IMG/VR virus record: IMGVR_UViG_3300022539_000562 | Direction: 5' to 3' (one strand) | From: a virus | Length of the DNA stretch: 64,000 bases | In this document: one piece after another, positions 6,223-16,624 of the stretch | Layout: the number at the start of each line of letters is the position of its first letter | Position numbering within the stretch: the first letter of the stretch is position 1 | Made by a program: the position numbers and the translations under genes | The notes under the pieces: generated by a model | What the model saw: the letters and a program-made list of their open reading frames with translations, nothing else | What the model was told of the DNA's origin: nothing | Databases searched by the model: none

Positions 6223-6702
6223 TTATTTAATTAAATTCAATATAGTATCTCTAAACCATATAAGATAATCATCAATCTTACCAATTTCTACTAAATAATT
6301 ATATGCTTTTACATGTAGTTTTCTATGTTCAGAATTTGTTAAAAATAAAACTCTCTTATCATCACCATCTAAATCAATATGATGCTTGTGTAATATATCT
6401 TTATGTTTTTTTCTAAATTTAGAATTTTGCCATACTTTTTTCATAGTTTTACTTTTTTTCTTCTTAACTTCAAATCTATTTCCTACTTCTCTACTTGCAC
6501 AACTTCTACATCTTTTAGCACCATAAACAATTTCCTTTCTACAATCTATACAATAATATTTTTTTAAAGTTCTACCATCAATATAACTTGGATGTTTTAT
6601 ACCATCTTTAAATTCAGTTTCAAATGAATAATGTTTATTCTTGTGAGCAATTCTTAATTTTTCTTTATGTTCTTCTGTTTGTTTATATCCTTTTTTAGGC
6701 AT
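6223..6702 (-). CDS. NUMOD/Zn-finger/HNH-like homing endonuclease
   Basis: KKGYKQTEEH; DGRTLKKYYCIDC; HKHHIDLD..TNSEHRKLH. Confidence 0.7.
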   Translation of the reverse strand: MPKKGYKQTEEHKEKLRIAHKNKHYSFETEFKDGIKHPSYIDGRTLKKYYCIDCRKEIVYGAKRCRSCASREVGNRFEVKKKKSKTMKKVWQNSKFRKKHKDILHKHHIDLDGDDKRVLFLTNSEHRKLHVKAYNYLVEIGKIDDYLIWFRDTILNLIK

Positions 6703-6706
6703 TATT

Positions 6707-8692
6707 TCACTTTAATAATCCCAGAATTGTATCTTTTTCTAAATCTTCTGGTGCAAGAGAAATATCGTAATCTTTTTTATCACTAGTAATTTCTGCACCT
6801 GCCATTTCTAAAATATCATTTAATTTAATAGTATTTCCATAAAAGTTAAATAGATATTTTCTACTATGTTCAGTAAAATTTGCATTATAAGAAGTTATTG
6901 AACATCCTATATGTGTTTCAGCAAAATAAAATCTGTTTTCATTAGGATTTGTAATTATAAGTCCTAATATTTTTTGTTGTTGTTTGATATTACTATGACA
7001 TACTACTGCAACATTATTTGGATTTACCATATAGTTCTTTCCAAAATTAGATATCTTTTCTTCTGCTATAACTATCTTAAATGGTACTTCAATATTTTCA
7101 TCAAAATTATAATAATTTACAAATAGAATTAATGCATCATCTTCTTGTTTTCTAACATAAAATAATTCAGTAGCCCCTTTTTGTGCATCTGTTAAATCTC
7201 CTGAAAACAAAATATCTCCTTCATCTGACCTATAACTAGCATCCCATCCTATTTTTGTGCTTTTGGAAATTACAGATAAATCTAAATCAATTCTATTACC
7301 TTTAACATTTTCCCAATATACCCCAAAGACCATATCTCTGGGAATTGTTACATAAGTACCAGATGGAAAATTACCTGTAAATTGTTTCTCTGTTGCTGGT
7401 AAGGTATATGTTATATTCTCTGGAATATAAATTTTCTTACCTTTAACATTTTTGCTAATATCTTCTACTATTGAATTTAAAACAATATCTAATACTTGTT
7501 TTGCTCCTTCTTTATTATCAAAATTAAAATCAGTTGCATATCCTTTACCATTTCTAATTCTATATAATATGCTATCAACATCTTTTGTTCTATATTTCAA
7601 AGCATATGCTAATCTTATTTTTCTAAAAGTATTAACTTTGTTTAATTCATTTTCTAAAATAAAATCATATACGCCCAACCCTTTTTTCAATTTAGTAGTA
7701 ATGCTATTTAAATAATCTATTGGCATTGGTTTATGATACTTTTTAGCAAGTCTTCCAATTCTATTTACTATTGTTTTTAATTGTCTATTTGTTCTCAATG
7801 CTAACCATAAAGGTTTAAATCTATAAAATATTTCTGCTAATTTTTCAAATCCATATTGTCTTTTATATTGTTCCAATAAATTAACAATATGTATATCTTT
7901 TTTTTCCTTAACTGCTGCTATAAGTCCAGGACTTTTAATTAACAAAGTGTTTCCTGTAATTTTATAAATAATAAATCTTAAAAATTCAACTGGATTTTCA
8001 GGTATTAAGTTTAAATAACTATACATAGTCGCTTTAATTTCTTTATTTCTAATAGTAGCCAAGTCTTGTTCATCTACTCCCACAAACAATGCTATATCTA
8101 TTACATCTTTAATAGTATCTTCTGCAAGAGCAATACCCATATTAAGCAAATTCATTAATTTTTCTTTCAATTCTTTTTTAGTATAACCTTGTATTACTAC
8201 CAATTTAATATTATCTATTTCAAGTCCTGGAATATTCAATTTTTCTTTTGGTATATAAATATAACCACTATCTATTGATTTATCTACATCAAAGTCTTCA
8301 AGTTCTAATATTTTCTTACCAAGATTATCTACGCCCCATTGTGCTCCTTTTTCTACTACATATTCTGCTGGATAATCACTTTCTACACCATAAGTAGTTA
8401 AATAATGAGCCAACTGTTCTACTACTAATTGCTCCATAGGAGTATCCTTAACTTTTAACCAAGACTTATGAAAAGAAGCATTTAATTTTTCAGCAGTCAT
8501 TCCATATATGTCTTGCACCATTTCAATAAGTTCAACATAGTTTGTATAATTACAAGCAATCTCTGGTGCAAAAACAAAACCCATTTTAATAGTATTCGCC
8601 AAAAGGTCTAAATCACTTACTTTATAAGTTCGTGCTTTCAATCTTTTTGATTTTACTGGTAATCCTTTAAATAATCTAATACTTGCTTTCAT
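6707..8692 (-). CDS. 661-aa protein with C-terminal TerD-like domain
   Basis: C-terminal GVYW..IDLDLS...LFSGDLTDAQKGATE resembles TerD; N-terminal NASFHKSW..EQLAHYLTTYG block. Confidence 0.6.
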   Translation of the reverse strand: MKASIRLFKGLPVKSKRLKARTYKVSDLDLLANTIKMGFVFAPEIACNYTNYVELIEMVQDIYGMTAEKLNASFHKSWLKVKDTPMEQLVVEQLAHYLTTYGVESDYPAEYVVEKGAQWGVDNLGKKILELEDFDVDKSIDSGYIYIPKEKLNIPGLEIDNIKLVVIQGYTKKELKEKLMNLLNMGIALAEDTIKDVIDIALFVGVDEQDLATIRNKEIKATMYSYLNLIPENPVEFLRFIIYKITGNTLLIKSPGLIAAVKEKKDIHIVNLLEQYKRQYGFEKLAEIFYRFKPLWLALRTNRQLKTIVNRIGRLAKKYHKPMPIDYLNSITTKLKKGLGVYDFILENELNKVNTFRKIRLAYALKYRTKDVDSILYRIRNGKGYATDFNFDNKEGAKQVLDIVLNSIVEDISKNVKGKKIYIPENITYTLPATEKQFTGNFPSGTYVTIPRDMVFGVYWENVKGNRIDLDLSVISKSTKIGWDASYRSDEGDILFSGDLTDAQKGATELFYVRKQEDDALILFVNYYNFDENIEVPFKIVIAEEKISNFGKNYMVNPNNVAVVCHSNIKQQQKILGLIITNPNENRFYFAETHIGCSITSYNANFTEHSRKYLFNFYGNTIKLNDILEMAGAEITSDKKDYDISLAPEDLEKDTILGLLK

Positions 8693-8715
8693 TTAATCTC
8701 CTTTCAAAATTTTTA

Positions 8716-8774
8716 GTGGCGAGAAGTAAATGTCAATCTGCCCGAAGGCAGGAAATAGGAACTTCTTATGCCAC
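8716..8774 (-). ncRNA. Structured RNA motif family A, copy 3 (just 5' of the TerD-like gene)
   Basis: GTGGC-ATA-AGAAGT-TCCTATT..CTGCC(TTCG)GGCAG..ACTTCT-C-GCCAC. Confidence 0.8.
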
Positions 8775-8811
8775 ATTATACAATTTCTTTAAACTTATTT
8801 ATACCTATTTT

Positions 8812-8876
8812 GATGACGAGAAGTAAAATGCAAATAGGGTTTCCCCTATATATTAATAGGAACTTCTTATGTCATC
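8812..8876 (-). ncRNA. Structured RNA motif family A, copy 4
   Basis: GATGAC-ATA-AGAAGT-TCCTATT..ATAGGG(GAAA)CCCTAT..ACTTCT-C-GTCATC. Confidence 0.8.
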
Positions 8877-8890
8877 TTTGTTAAATTTTT

Positions 8891-9418
8891 GGAGTAGTTG
8901 TTAAGTACAACTACCAAAACTGACATGCTCACTTTCAGCTTCTAGGATATCTTAGCTGAGACAAACCTTGCGATTCATAAGCACATTAATAATTGTTACA
9001 GTACAACTACTAAAACTGGGGGATTAACTCAAATGATAAAGCATCAATTTGATATTACCCATCCACCACTTTATTTTTTTCAAGAGTAATAAAGAAAACT
9101 CTTGTGGAAGAACAACATACTGCCAATATGATTTCTGACTTTCAACTAAATATAATAATCAAAATTAAAACTGGATTCTTATTTATAGAAGACAACCCAG
9201 CTAAAACTTCTGCCCCATGACGAAATGAGTACCAAGTTATTTTTTCTTAAAAGAAATAACTAAAACTTTTGTTCCAGTGATGAAACTGGTATACACAATG
9301 ACCTGTCAAGCTTGGTATTATTTTTTGATAAAGAAGAAATAATAAAAACTTCTTGTGCGTGTCGTCTAGTAGCACAAAACCACATCTCCAAAACCAAAGT
9401 TATTTTATCAAAGAACAA
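8891..9418 (-). repeat. Array of about six hairpin-AAAACT-stemloop elements (family B)
   Basis: AAAACT ends at 8921, 9017, 9100, 9208, 9267 and 9350, each directly after an inverted repeat on the + strand. Confidence 0.6.
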
Positions 9419-10030
9419 TTAAATATTTTCACTATCACTAAATTTAAAATCATCACATATTTCCAGATTTAACTTAGATTTTGCTATATAACCCTCTTTT
9501 AATTCAAATTTATTTACTATCATTTTGCAATAGTTTATAAATTCTTTATGTGTTCTATTAGATTTAGTTGTATTACATTTGTGACAAATAATCTGAACAT
9601 TATTCATATTTAATATTTTCTCATTATCAATTCTATCAAGTGCTGGTGAATTATCTTGTATACCTTTTCCTCTATTATAATTCATTTTCACATTACAATA
9701 TGTACAATATTTAATATTTTTTGCTAATATTATCAATTCATTTCTAGAAATATTTACTTGATATTTTCTTTTATGTTTACTTATTGTACTGTTAACCCAT
9801 AAATAATAAGAATCAGAACTTCTTCCATCTATCCAATTAGGATTATTTTCACCACATAATACTATACTTAAATTTCTTTTATGCTCTTCAGTTAATTTTC
9901 TACCTTTTAATGTCTTACTTATTTTCTTTTTAGTTTTCTCAGACCGATTTTTATTTTTCCAATATTTTGCACTATTCTCACTTAATTTTTTTTTGTGCTC
10001 TTCTGTTTGTTTATACCCTTTTTTAGCCAT
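9419..10030 (-). CDS. NUMOD3/HNH homing endonuclease
   Basis: KKGYKQTEEH; NNPNWIDG; CTYC..ALDRIDN..NVQIICHKCN. Confidence 0.85.
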   Translation of the reverse strand: MAKKGYKQTEEHKKKLSENSAKYWKNKNRSEKTKKKISKTLKGRKLTEEHKRNLSIVLCGENNPNWIDGRSSDSYYLWVNSTISKHKRKYQVNISRNELIILAKNIKYCTYCNVKMNYNRGKGIQDNSPALDRIDNEKILNMNNVQIICHKCNTTKSNRTHKEFINYCKMIVNKFELKEGYIAKSKLNLEICDDFKFSDSENI

Positions 10031-10190
10031 TTTTCATTTTTTTGTCACAAATTTCCTAAATAATCTTTCTGAAAATTTTAAATATTCACAATTATTTACT
10101 TTATTACATTTAACGCTTTTACACCATCTTCTATTAATCAATATTTTTTCTTTTTCTACCCAACATTTATTTTTCACAATTTATCCTCTA

Positions 10191-10204
10191 TATATATTAT
10201 ACTA
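10191..10204 (-). promoter_or_regulatory. Putative promoter motif TAGTATAATATATA
   Basis: Intergenic variant of a motif repeated at 16625, 38224 and 49358. Confidence 0.5.
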
Positions 10205-10224
10205 CATTTTTATATAAAAATCCA

Positions 10225-10419
10225 CTAAATCATTTTATTTTTTTTTCTTGTATTAAAACCACATTTGAACCTATAAATAAAACCTTGACCATTATAGGTT
10301 CTTTTCATCTTTATTTTCTTACATTTAGGGCATTTATATATTTTCTTTCTTTTTCTCCCTAACATAAGAATTTCTTTTGTATATCCACACTTTAGACACT
10401 TGTATATAAATAATGGCAT
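10225..10419 (-). CDS. FmdB-like zinc-ribbon protein
   Basis: MP.F.YKCLKCG...CPKC. Confidence 0.75.
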   Translation of the reverse strand: MPLFIYKCLKCGYTKEILMLGRKRKKIYKCPKCKKIKMKRTYNGQGFIYRFKCGFNTRKKNKMI

Positions 10420-10499
10420 AACTCATCCTTTTTATTAAGACTAGCAATAATTCAAGCCAGCAGTATTTTGCTTTATTCTATATTGCTAGTCTTAAATTT

Positions 10500-10856
10500 T
10501 TATTCAGTTTCTACAGTAGGCATAATTACTTTAACATGCTTCCATATACTACTTACTAAATCAGCAACTATAAAAGCATATGCTACAGTAGCAAAAGTTA
10601 ATAATGGAGTTGTAACTATTTCTGGAAATTTCCAATATACCATAGCAACTGGAATACTACCAAAAGCCCCCCACACTATTATGTATGGGAAAATATTAGT
10701 ACCCAAAAAATCTAAAAGGTATTTAAAATTAAATTCTTTCTTTTTAAATGCTGCTGCTACTCCTAGAATTACATCTAAAACTACTAACAAAATAATACCA
10801 CCAATGCCTAACAATAAATAACTGAGTTCTTTTAATATATTAGTAGGAAACCACAT
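10500..10856 (-). CDS. Probable holin (multi-TM membrane protein)
   Basis: Three hydrophobic segments; LLVVLDVILGVAAA resembles Phage_holin_4_1. Confidence 0.55.
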   Translation of the reverse strand: MWFPTNILKELSYLLLGIGGIILLVVLDVILGVAAAFKKKEFNFKYLLDFLGTNIFPYIIVWGAFGSIPVAMVYWKFPEIVTTPLLTFATVAYAFIVADLVSSIWKHVKVIMPTVETE

Positions 10857-10887
10857 TTTTATTTCACCTCCTTTAATTTTATTTTTT

Positions 10888-11061
10888 TTATAATTTTTCC
10901 ATATTATTCATAATTTTTAATAATGCTTTTTGAACAACTTTATTTAAAGCATTCAATTCTTCTCTCATTTCCTTAGTAATACTTTGTTGTGACATTTGTA
11001 TAATTTTCTCTTTTGTTTTTATAAGAATTTCTAAAGCATATAAATATTCAATATTTTTCAT
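10888..11061 (-). CDS. 57-aa helical protein, paralog of the C-terminal half of 11562..11855 (not in the ORF track)
   Basis: MKNIEYLYALEILIKTKEKI...LNKVVQKALLKIMNNM vs YSFTLQVLIKAKKEI...LNNNIQRLILKTLHQI. Confidence 0.55.
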   Translation of the reverse strand: MKNIEYLYALEILIKTKEKIIQMSQQSITKEMREELNALNKVVQKALLKIMNNMEKL

Positions 11062-11275
11062 TACTTTTCGTCTCCTTATTACTTTATAATTAATTTATCT
11101 TTCTAATTTTCCATCTGTATATTCGCCATTTACTTTAACACCCCATATCACAATATTACCAAAAGTACTATCTTCTGTCAATACTATTTCAATGCTATCA
11201 ATTTGTTTTTTAGAATGAGTTGTTTTAACCTTATCTAAAACTTGTTTTTCAAGATTTGTTAATATAACTTTCATT

Positions 11276-12831
11276 TTATTTCACCTCTCTTGTCAGAGTA
11301 AATTTTTTATCATTAATAATAAAGTTTCCCATAAAATTTTGAACATTTTGAGCATTTAAAACAAATCCCTTAAAAGATAATTCATCACCATTATCAATTA
11401 TCTTGATTATATTTGGATGCAAAAAATTATACCAAAATCCTCCTTTTTCATTTTCTTCTGTTCCTTTATAATCCAAAGTAAATGTCTTACTATTAAAAAT
11501 CAACTCAACACTATCTTTTACACACAAACAGTATGTTAGTTCTTTCACTTATTTCATCTCCTTATTCTTCTAATTCCTTTTGTATTTGATGCAAAGTTTT
11601 TAATATTAACCTTTGAATATTATTATTTAGTTTTTTTAAATTTTTTAATTCATCTTTACTTGCAAATTCTCTTAATTTTAAAATTTCTTTTTTCGCTTTT
11701 ATAAGCACTTGTAAAGTAAATGAATAATTATCATTATATCTTTCCATTATTTCACCTCCTTTGTTGCATCTTTCATTTTTAACATTTCTCTCAAATTTTT
11801 TCTTATTTTCTTTAATTCCCTCATCTGTCCCTCTATCATCATTAAAGAATGCCATAGAGTATCTTGATTAACTTGCGTAAAATTCGCTACTTTTTTCATT
11901 TATTTCGCCTCCTTTTTATTTTATTAGAAATCTAAAATATCATCTAGAAATTTTAAATGTAGAAAATTTCTAATCTTATTTATTCTTGTTTCCAATTCAT
12001 TCACTGCCCCAGTAAGTTCATTTACATTCTCAATAAGTTTATTCACTTCTTCAACAATAACTTTTAATGCTTCATCAACAGTTATATCTTTTTTTCTTTC
12101 TCTTTTTTCGTTCATTTTCATCTCCTTTTAATTACTTCATTAAAAAGTTTCTTTTGTTCATCAGTTAATTCTTTGTACATACCAATTATACCTTCTAATG
12201 CATTCATTTTGTCAACTACTTGTTCAATAGTTTTTATATCTTTTTTCTTTTCCTCTAACATTTCATCCTCTTTGTAACCAGTGCCTATTTTATCATCTGT
12301 AAAATGAATGCCATATTCTATATAATAACCATCTTCTATTGCTTTCATTTCAAGCTTTTCTGCACCTTCTATTGCATCCTCAAGTGATTTTCCCTTATAT
12401 ACTACATTTCCATATCCAGTTGAAGCACACATATGCATTACTTTAAAATTCTTTTTACTAATTAATAAATAATTATCTGCACTCATTAATTCTCCTTTTT
12501 ACTATTTTTAATAATTTTTATTGTTGCATCTATTATATTAATTACACACCTCCAAAAATACAGATATCCTCCAAAAACTAATATTTTTATTAACCAATGT
12601 GCTTTATTCAATTCTTCAAAAAAATTATTCATTTTTTTAACCTCTTATATAATAATATCCAAAAATTATCACAAAAATCCACCATAATATTAAGACAAAT
12701 TTTCCTGTTTTAGATAATGTTGTATATGTTTCTACATATAACATACTCTTTAAAACTTTAAATACCTTTTTAAAAACATATATCACATCACTAAATAAAA
12801 TGTCATATAACCATTTAAAAAATTTTATCAT
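11276..12831 (-). other. Run of small hypothetical CDSs (11276-11548, 11562-11855, 11924-12121, 12118-12486, 12637-12831 membrane)
   Basis: Co-oriented, closely packed ORFs, most with GGAG(G) SDs. Confidence 0.6.
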
Positions 12832-13313
12832 TATTTTTCCTTTCTTAATGGTAAAAGTTCTCCTAAAATTGATTCTCTAACACTTTGAAAAGCATCAATA
12901 CAACATTCTGCTCTAAATTCATTTTCTTTATTTTTAGAGTGCTTTAACTTATATCGCCAATATTTAATACATCTATCTAAATATTCTTTTAGTACTTTGC
13001 TTTCTATATAATCTTTCATTTGTTCCTCCTCTCCAAATACTTCTTCATGAGTCAAAAATCTTCCTTCTTTTGCATCTTTCATTCCTGCTTTTATATTCTT
13101 AATAAATTCATCTGAAAACACTAAATTTTTTTCATTACACAATTTTTTGAAAAATTTACTAAAGAAAAAAATTTCCAAACCTATAAATTCATTAGTTTCT
13201 GGGTCAAGTCTCAATAAAATATCATTTGCCAATTCAATTGTAACAGCAGGTCTATTATCTATTAAAAACATAAAAGTATCCTCATCTTTATTATATAATA
13301 TTTTAACTTTCAT
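12831..13313 (-). CDS. DUF2283-like N-terminus fused to an antitoxin-like segment
   Basis: YNKDEDTFMF..DILLRLDPETNEFIGLEI; AGMKDAKEGRFLTHEEVF. Confidence 0.45.
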   Translation of the reverse strand: MKVKILYNKDEDTFMFLIDNRPAVTIELANDILLRLDPETNEFIGLEIFFFSKFFKKLCNEKNLVFSDEFIKNIKAGMKDAKEGRFLTHEEVFGEEEQMKDYIESKVLKEYLDRCIKYWRYKLKHSKNKENEFRAECCIDAFQSVRESILGELLPLRKEK

Positions 13314-13482
13314 ATTTCCTCTCTTTTCTCTAAAATAAGATTGATAAAAGCACTAACCTCGTTTAAGTTTTTACAATGTTTAATCATATATACAAATTCT
13401 CGAGTAGTTAATTCTAATTTTCTTTCTTTTTCGTCATCATTTATATCCCAAATTAAAGTTGCTTTAAATATCATATTTCTCC

Positions 13483-14178
13483 TTATATTGAGGTCTTACT
13501 TATTCTTACATATTTAATTACTCTTCGTGTTAATAAATCTGTTGAGTCCACATCTTCTTTGCAATGCTTGTATACATGAAGCAATGATGGTATATGACCA
13601 GACTGAGCACGATTCCAAACCTCTGTATTATATCTATGACCCTTTGATTCAATACCAAAAAAATCACAAGCTGTTTCCATTCTATATCTATGTAATGATA
13701 GTTTAGTTTTACACATATCATATATATCAGTTACATATATACTTTTATATATAGGAAAATCTAAACCATATCTTTCAGCTCTTGACCTTACAAATGGTAA
13801 ATCGTGTCTTCTGTCTTTTCCATAATAAACTAAAATTCTATCAAACTTCTTAATATCCTCACATAATTTCGTTAGTAGTTTCTTGTCCTGATGTTGACTT
13901 CTAACCTCTTTTTGACTTAACAGATAACTTTCATACTTATTTTTACCATAATGTTTAATGTAATAACAAAAGCAATATCCCCAATTAGCTTTCAAGTTAG
14001 TTGTTTCAATGTCCAATATACCTATTTTTTCAGGTAAAGACATAATATCTTTGATGCCTTCTGGATAATCATTAATAAAACAATTATAATGTTCCAAATA
14101 GGTATGATGATGCTTGCATGAGTGAGTTCCTAACCAAATAAGTTCACTCTTAAGTAAACGATGAACAGGTGCTCTCAT
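13483..14178 (-). CDS. RNase H-like 3'-5' exonuclease (YprB/RNase_H_2, DEDD family)
   Basis: ILDIETT; YYGK..HDLPF; TDIY; HCKEDV. Confidence 0.8.
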   Translation of the reverse strand: MRAPVHRLLKSELIWLGTHSCKHHHTYLEHYNCFINDYPEGIKDIMSLPEKIGILDIETTNLKANWGYCFCYYIKHYGKNKYESYLLSQKEVRSQHQDKKLLTKLCEDIKKFDRILVYYGKDRRHDLPFVRSRAERYGLDFPIYKSIYVTDIYDMCKTKLSLHRYRMETACDFFGIESKGHRYNTEVWNRAQSGHIPSLLHVYKHCKEDVDSTDLLTRRVIKYVRISKTSI

Positions 14179-14221
14179 TCTTGTCCTCCTTTAATTATTT
14201 TTATTATTTTAATTATATTCA

Positions 14222-15385
14222 TTATAAATCTTTCTCCACTTTCTTTAAAAAATTAACCCAATATTTTTCCCATATTGTTTCATATTCAAAATTTTTCGCC
14301 CATTTTAATGATTTATCCTTATAAAAATTTTTATTCTTTTTTAAATTAAGATATACCTTTTCCATTTTTTTAACTATATCCTTAGTAACTGGTTTTTTTC
14401 TAAAACTACTAAAAAGTGTTAATTCTGGTTCTCCTACTCTAACTAATTCACCTGCTCCAACTAACTCAGGCATAGAACTAAAATTAGAAACAATAACAGG
14501 AAGTCCTACTGCTTGTGCTTCTATTATTGGCAAACCAAAACCTTCACCTGCTGAACAACACATCAAAACATCCATAGAATTATATATTTTATTCATTGCT
14601 GTTGGATTTAAACTCATTAAATATTCATATTTATTAATAATTTTAATTGCTTTATCAAGTTTTAATCTTATTATATAATCTACAAGAGGAACAGAAAAAG
14701 TCTGTACTTTTGTTGAGGAATGTATATACATTTTAGTATCAGGATATTTCTTGTGTATTTTTTGAAAAGCCCTCAATTGTCTATCAAATTGTTTCCTATC
14801 AGTTTCATCACTATTTGCTGCAACTATCCCAAAAACAAAATCCTTTTCATCAAAACCTAATATTTTTTTACATTTATTCCTTACGTCCTCTTTTAATGGA
14901 TAATAACTTATTGGGTCAAAACCTAATGGTATGTATTCAGAATATATACCAGCATTTTTTAATTGTTTAACCGCAAATTTTGAATAGTTTATACTTTTCC
15001 ATGCTCCCTTTAAATGATTAAGCACTGTATTAGATGCAGGAGTATGGTCAATTGGAAAATAAGGTATCCATCTTTTGAATCTTTTTCCATATCCTTGAAG
15101 TATATAAACATCACACAAAGTTATTATTAAATCTCTTTTAAATCTATCAAAATAATATTTCACAATATCATAACCATATCTTTCATAACCTGTAGGAAGT
15201 ATTAAACAAGAATAATTTTTCCCATAATATTTCAAATTATATTGTAAAACACCATTCTGCAAACCATAATGTGCCATAATTATAACATCATAACCTTCTT
15301 TAATTAATTTGGCAGCAAATAAATTTGTCTGGACACCATATCCAGAAGGACAAAAAGGTGCTGTGGATTCTAATAATATTTTCAT
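14222..15385 (-). CDS. Glycosyltransferase family 4 (GT-B)
   Basis: SAGEGFGLPIIEAQAVGLPVI; paralog of 27233..28489. Confidence 0.9.
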   Translation of the reverse strand: MKILLESTAPFCPSGYGVQTNLFAAKLIKEGYDVIIMAHYGLQNGVLQYNLKYYGKNYSCLILPTGYERYGYDIVKYYFDRFKRDLIITLCDVYILQGYGKRFKRWIPYFPIDHTPASNTVLNHLKGAWKSINYSKFAVKQLKNAGIYSEYIPLGFDPISYYPLKEDVRNKCKKILGFDEKDFVFGIVAANSDETDRKQFDRQLRAFQKIHKKYPDTKMYIHSSTKVQTFSVPLVDYIIRLKLDKAIKIINKYEYLMSLNPTAMNKIYNSMDVLMCCSAGEGFGLPIIEAQAVGLPVIVSNFSSMPELVGAGELVRVGEPELTLFSSFRKKPVTKDIVKKMEKVYLNLKKNKNFYKDKSLKWAKNFEYETIWEKYWVNFLKKVEKDL

Positions 15386-15393
15386 ACTTCTCC

Positions 15394-15723
15394 TTAAATA
15401 GTAGTATCTATATACATTAGGTTTGAATTTTTATTTTTCTTTACTTTGGATTCAAAATTAATAACAGCAACTTGTATTGTATTAGCAACTATTTCTATTT
15501 CTCTTAACATACTTATTGTAGTTTCCAAATAACGTAACAAATTTTGATTGTTTTTTGTTATAACTCTTGACTCATTTAAAAGTGGTAATTCTAAATGACC
15601 TAATTTTACAAACTGTATTGCATCGCCTTTCTTCAAATCAAAATACTGTACCATAGATACTTGTATTCTATGTGTTAAAACTAACATTTTTTGTAATTGT
15701 TCGAGCATATTTCTAAAATGCAT
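15394..15723 (-). CDS. Hypothetical protein
   Basis: Translationally coupled to the ParB-like ORF. Confidence 0.55.
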   Translation of the reverse strand: MHFRNMLEQLQKMLVLTHRIQVSMVQYFDLKKGDAIQFVKLGHLELPLLNESRVITKNNQNLLRYLETTISMLREIEIVANTIQVAVINFESKVKKNKNSNLMYIDTTI

Positions 15724-16619
15724 TATTCCTTCTCAATCATTTTTTCTAATTTAAAAAAAAGAGATGTTAACATAAATTTTAAAGTATTCACTTGATAATC
15801 TTTTAAATTAGTATTTGATTTTATATTTTCCAATAACCATTCTAAATGAGTGATTGTATTAGACAATGTTGTACGAAGTTTATTATAATACATTCCTGTA
15901 TATTTTATTTTATCTCGTTCTCGTTTGATTTCTTTTGTCCATTCTACTGCAGTCATAAAACCATATTTTAGAATATTTTCTTGGTCTTCTTTTTTAATAT
16001 ATTGAAAGTAAGGAATTAAATTTGTGATAAATGATACAGGAAGTAATTTTTTCTTTTTTAAATCCTTAATTTCACTAGCAAGTTGCAATCTTTCTTCTAT
16101 TGTTAAATATTCAAATCTAGAAACAATTCGTGCTGTTAGTACTTCAAATTGTATCAATTTTCCTTCATCTACACCATACCCTAAACTTAACCAAAACTTT
16201 CGTAATTTTCTTAAATAACTTGCATCTATTCCTAATTTTTTACCAAGTTGTGAACTATTCATTCCTGTTTTTTTAAACAAATTATAAATTGCTCTTGCTT
16301 TATCTGGAAATGTAGGCAGATTTTTACTATTTAGACAAATAGAAACTTGACGAAATAAATTATCATCATTATTGTCAAGAACTATACAATTAATAGTATT
16401 TTGTTTCAACAACTTTATTGCTCTAAATCTTCGTTCACCATCTATTAATTTGTACTTATTTCTAAAAGGTTTAACCATTATAGGATTTAATAATCCAACT
16501 TCCTTAATATTTGTGGCAAGTTTCTTTACATCAATGGTTTTATTGACACGTGGATTAGCTTTATCTAAAACAATATCCTTTATATTAATTTCTCTTAATT
16601 TTTGTTTTAATTTTTTCAT
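15723..16619 (-). CDS. ParB/Spo0J-like N-terminal domain protein
   Basis: NPR..LATNIKEVGLLNPIMV..LIDGERRFRA. Confidence 0.85.
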   Translation of the reverse strand: MKKLKQKLREINIKDIVLDKANPRVNKTIDVKKLATNIKEVGLLNPIMVKPFRNKYKLIDGERRFRAIKLLKQNTINCIVLDNNDDNLFRQVSICLNSKNLPTFPDKARAIYNLFKKTGMNSSQLGKKLGIDASYLRKLRKFWLSLGYGVDEGKLIQFEVLTARIVSRFEYLTIEERLQLASEIKDLKKKKLLPVSFITNLIPYFQYIKKEDQENILKYGFMTAVEWTKEIKRERDKIKYTGMYYNKLRTTLSNTITHLEWLLENIKSNTNLKDYQVNTLKFMLTSLFFKLEKMIEKE

Positions 16620-16624
16620 CTCTT

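Noticed and set aside
6707-8692. TROVE/Ro60 protein with Y RNAs
   Set aside because: No vWA/MIDAS (DxSxS) or TROVE motifs were recognised, and the flanking RNAs lack the Y-RNA Ro-binding helix and tRNA-like domain; kept only as an analogy
8716-8774. Family A motif as a short coding repeat (reads GIRSSY...FTSR)
   Set aside because: No start codon or SD in a consistent frame; compensatory pairing and UUCG/GNRA loops favour RNA structure
8891-9418. CRISPR array or tracrRNA (GTTTTAG-like starts on the minus strand)
   Set aside because: The repeats are far from identical, the spacing is irregular, the spacers are themselves structured, and there is no cas operon; the Cas4-like gene is 11 kb away in a recombination context
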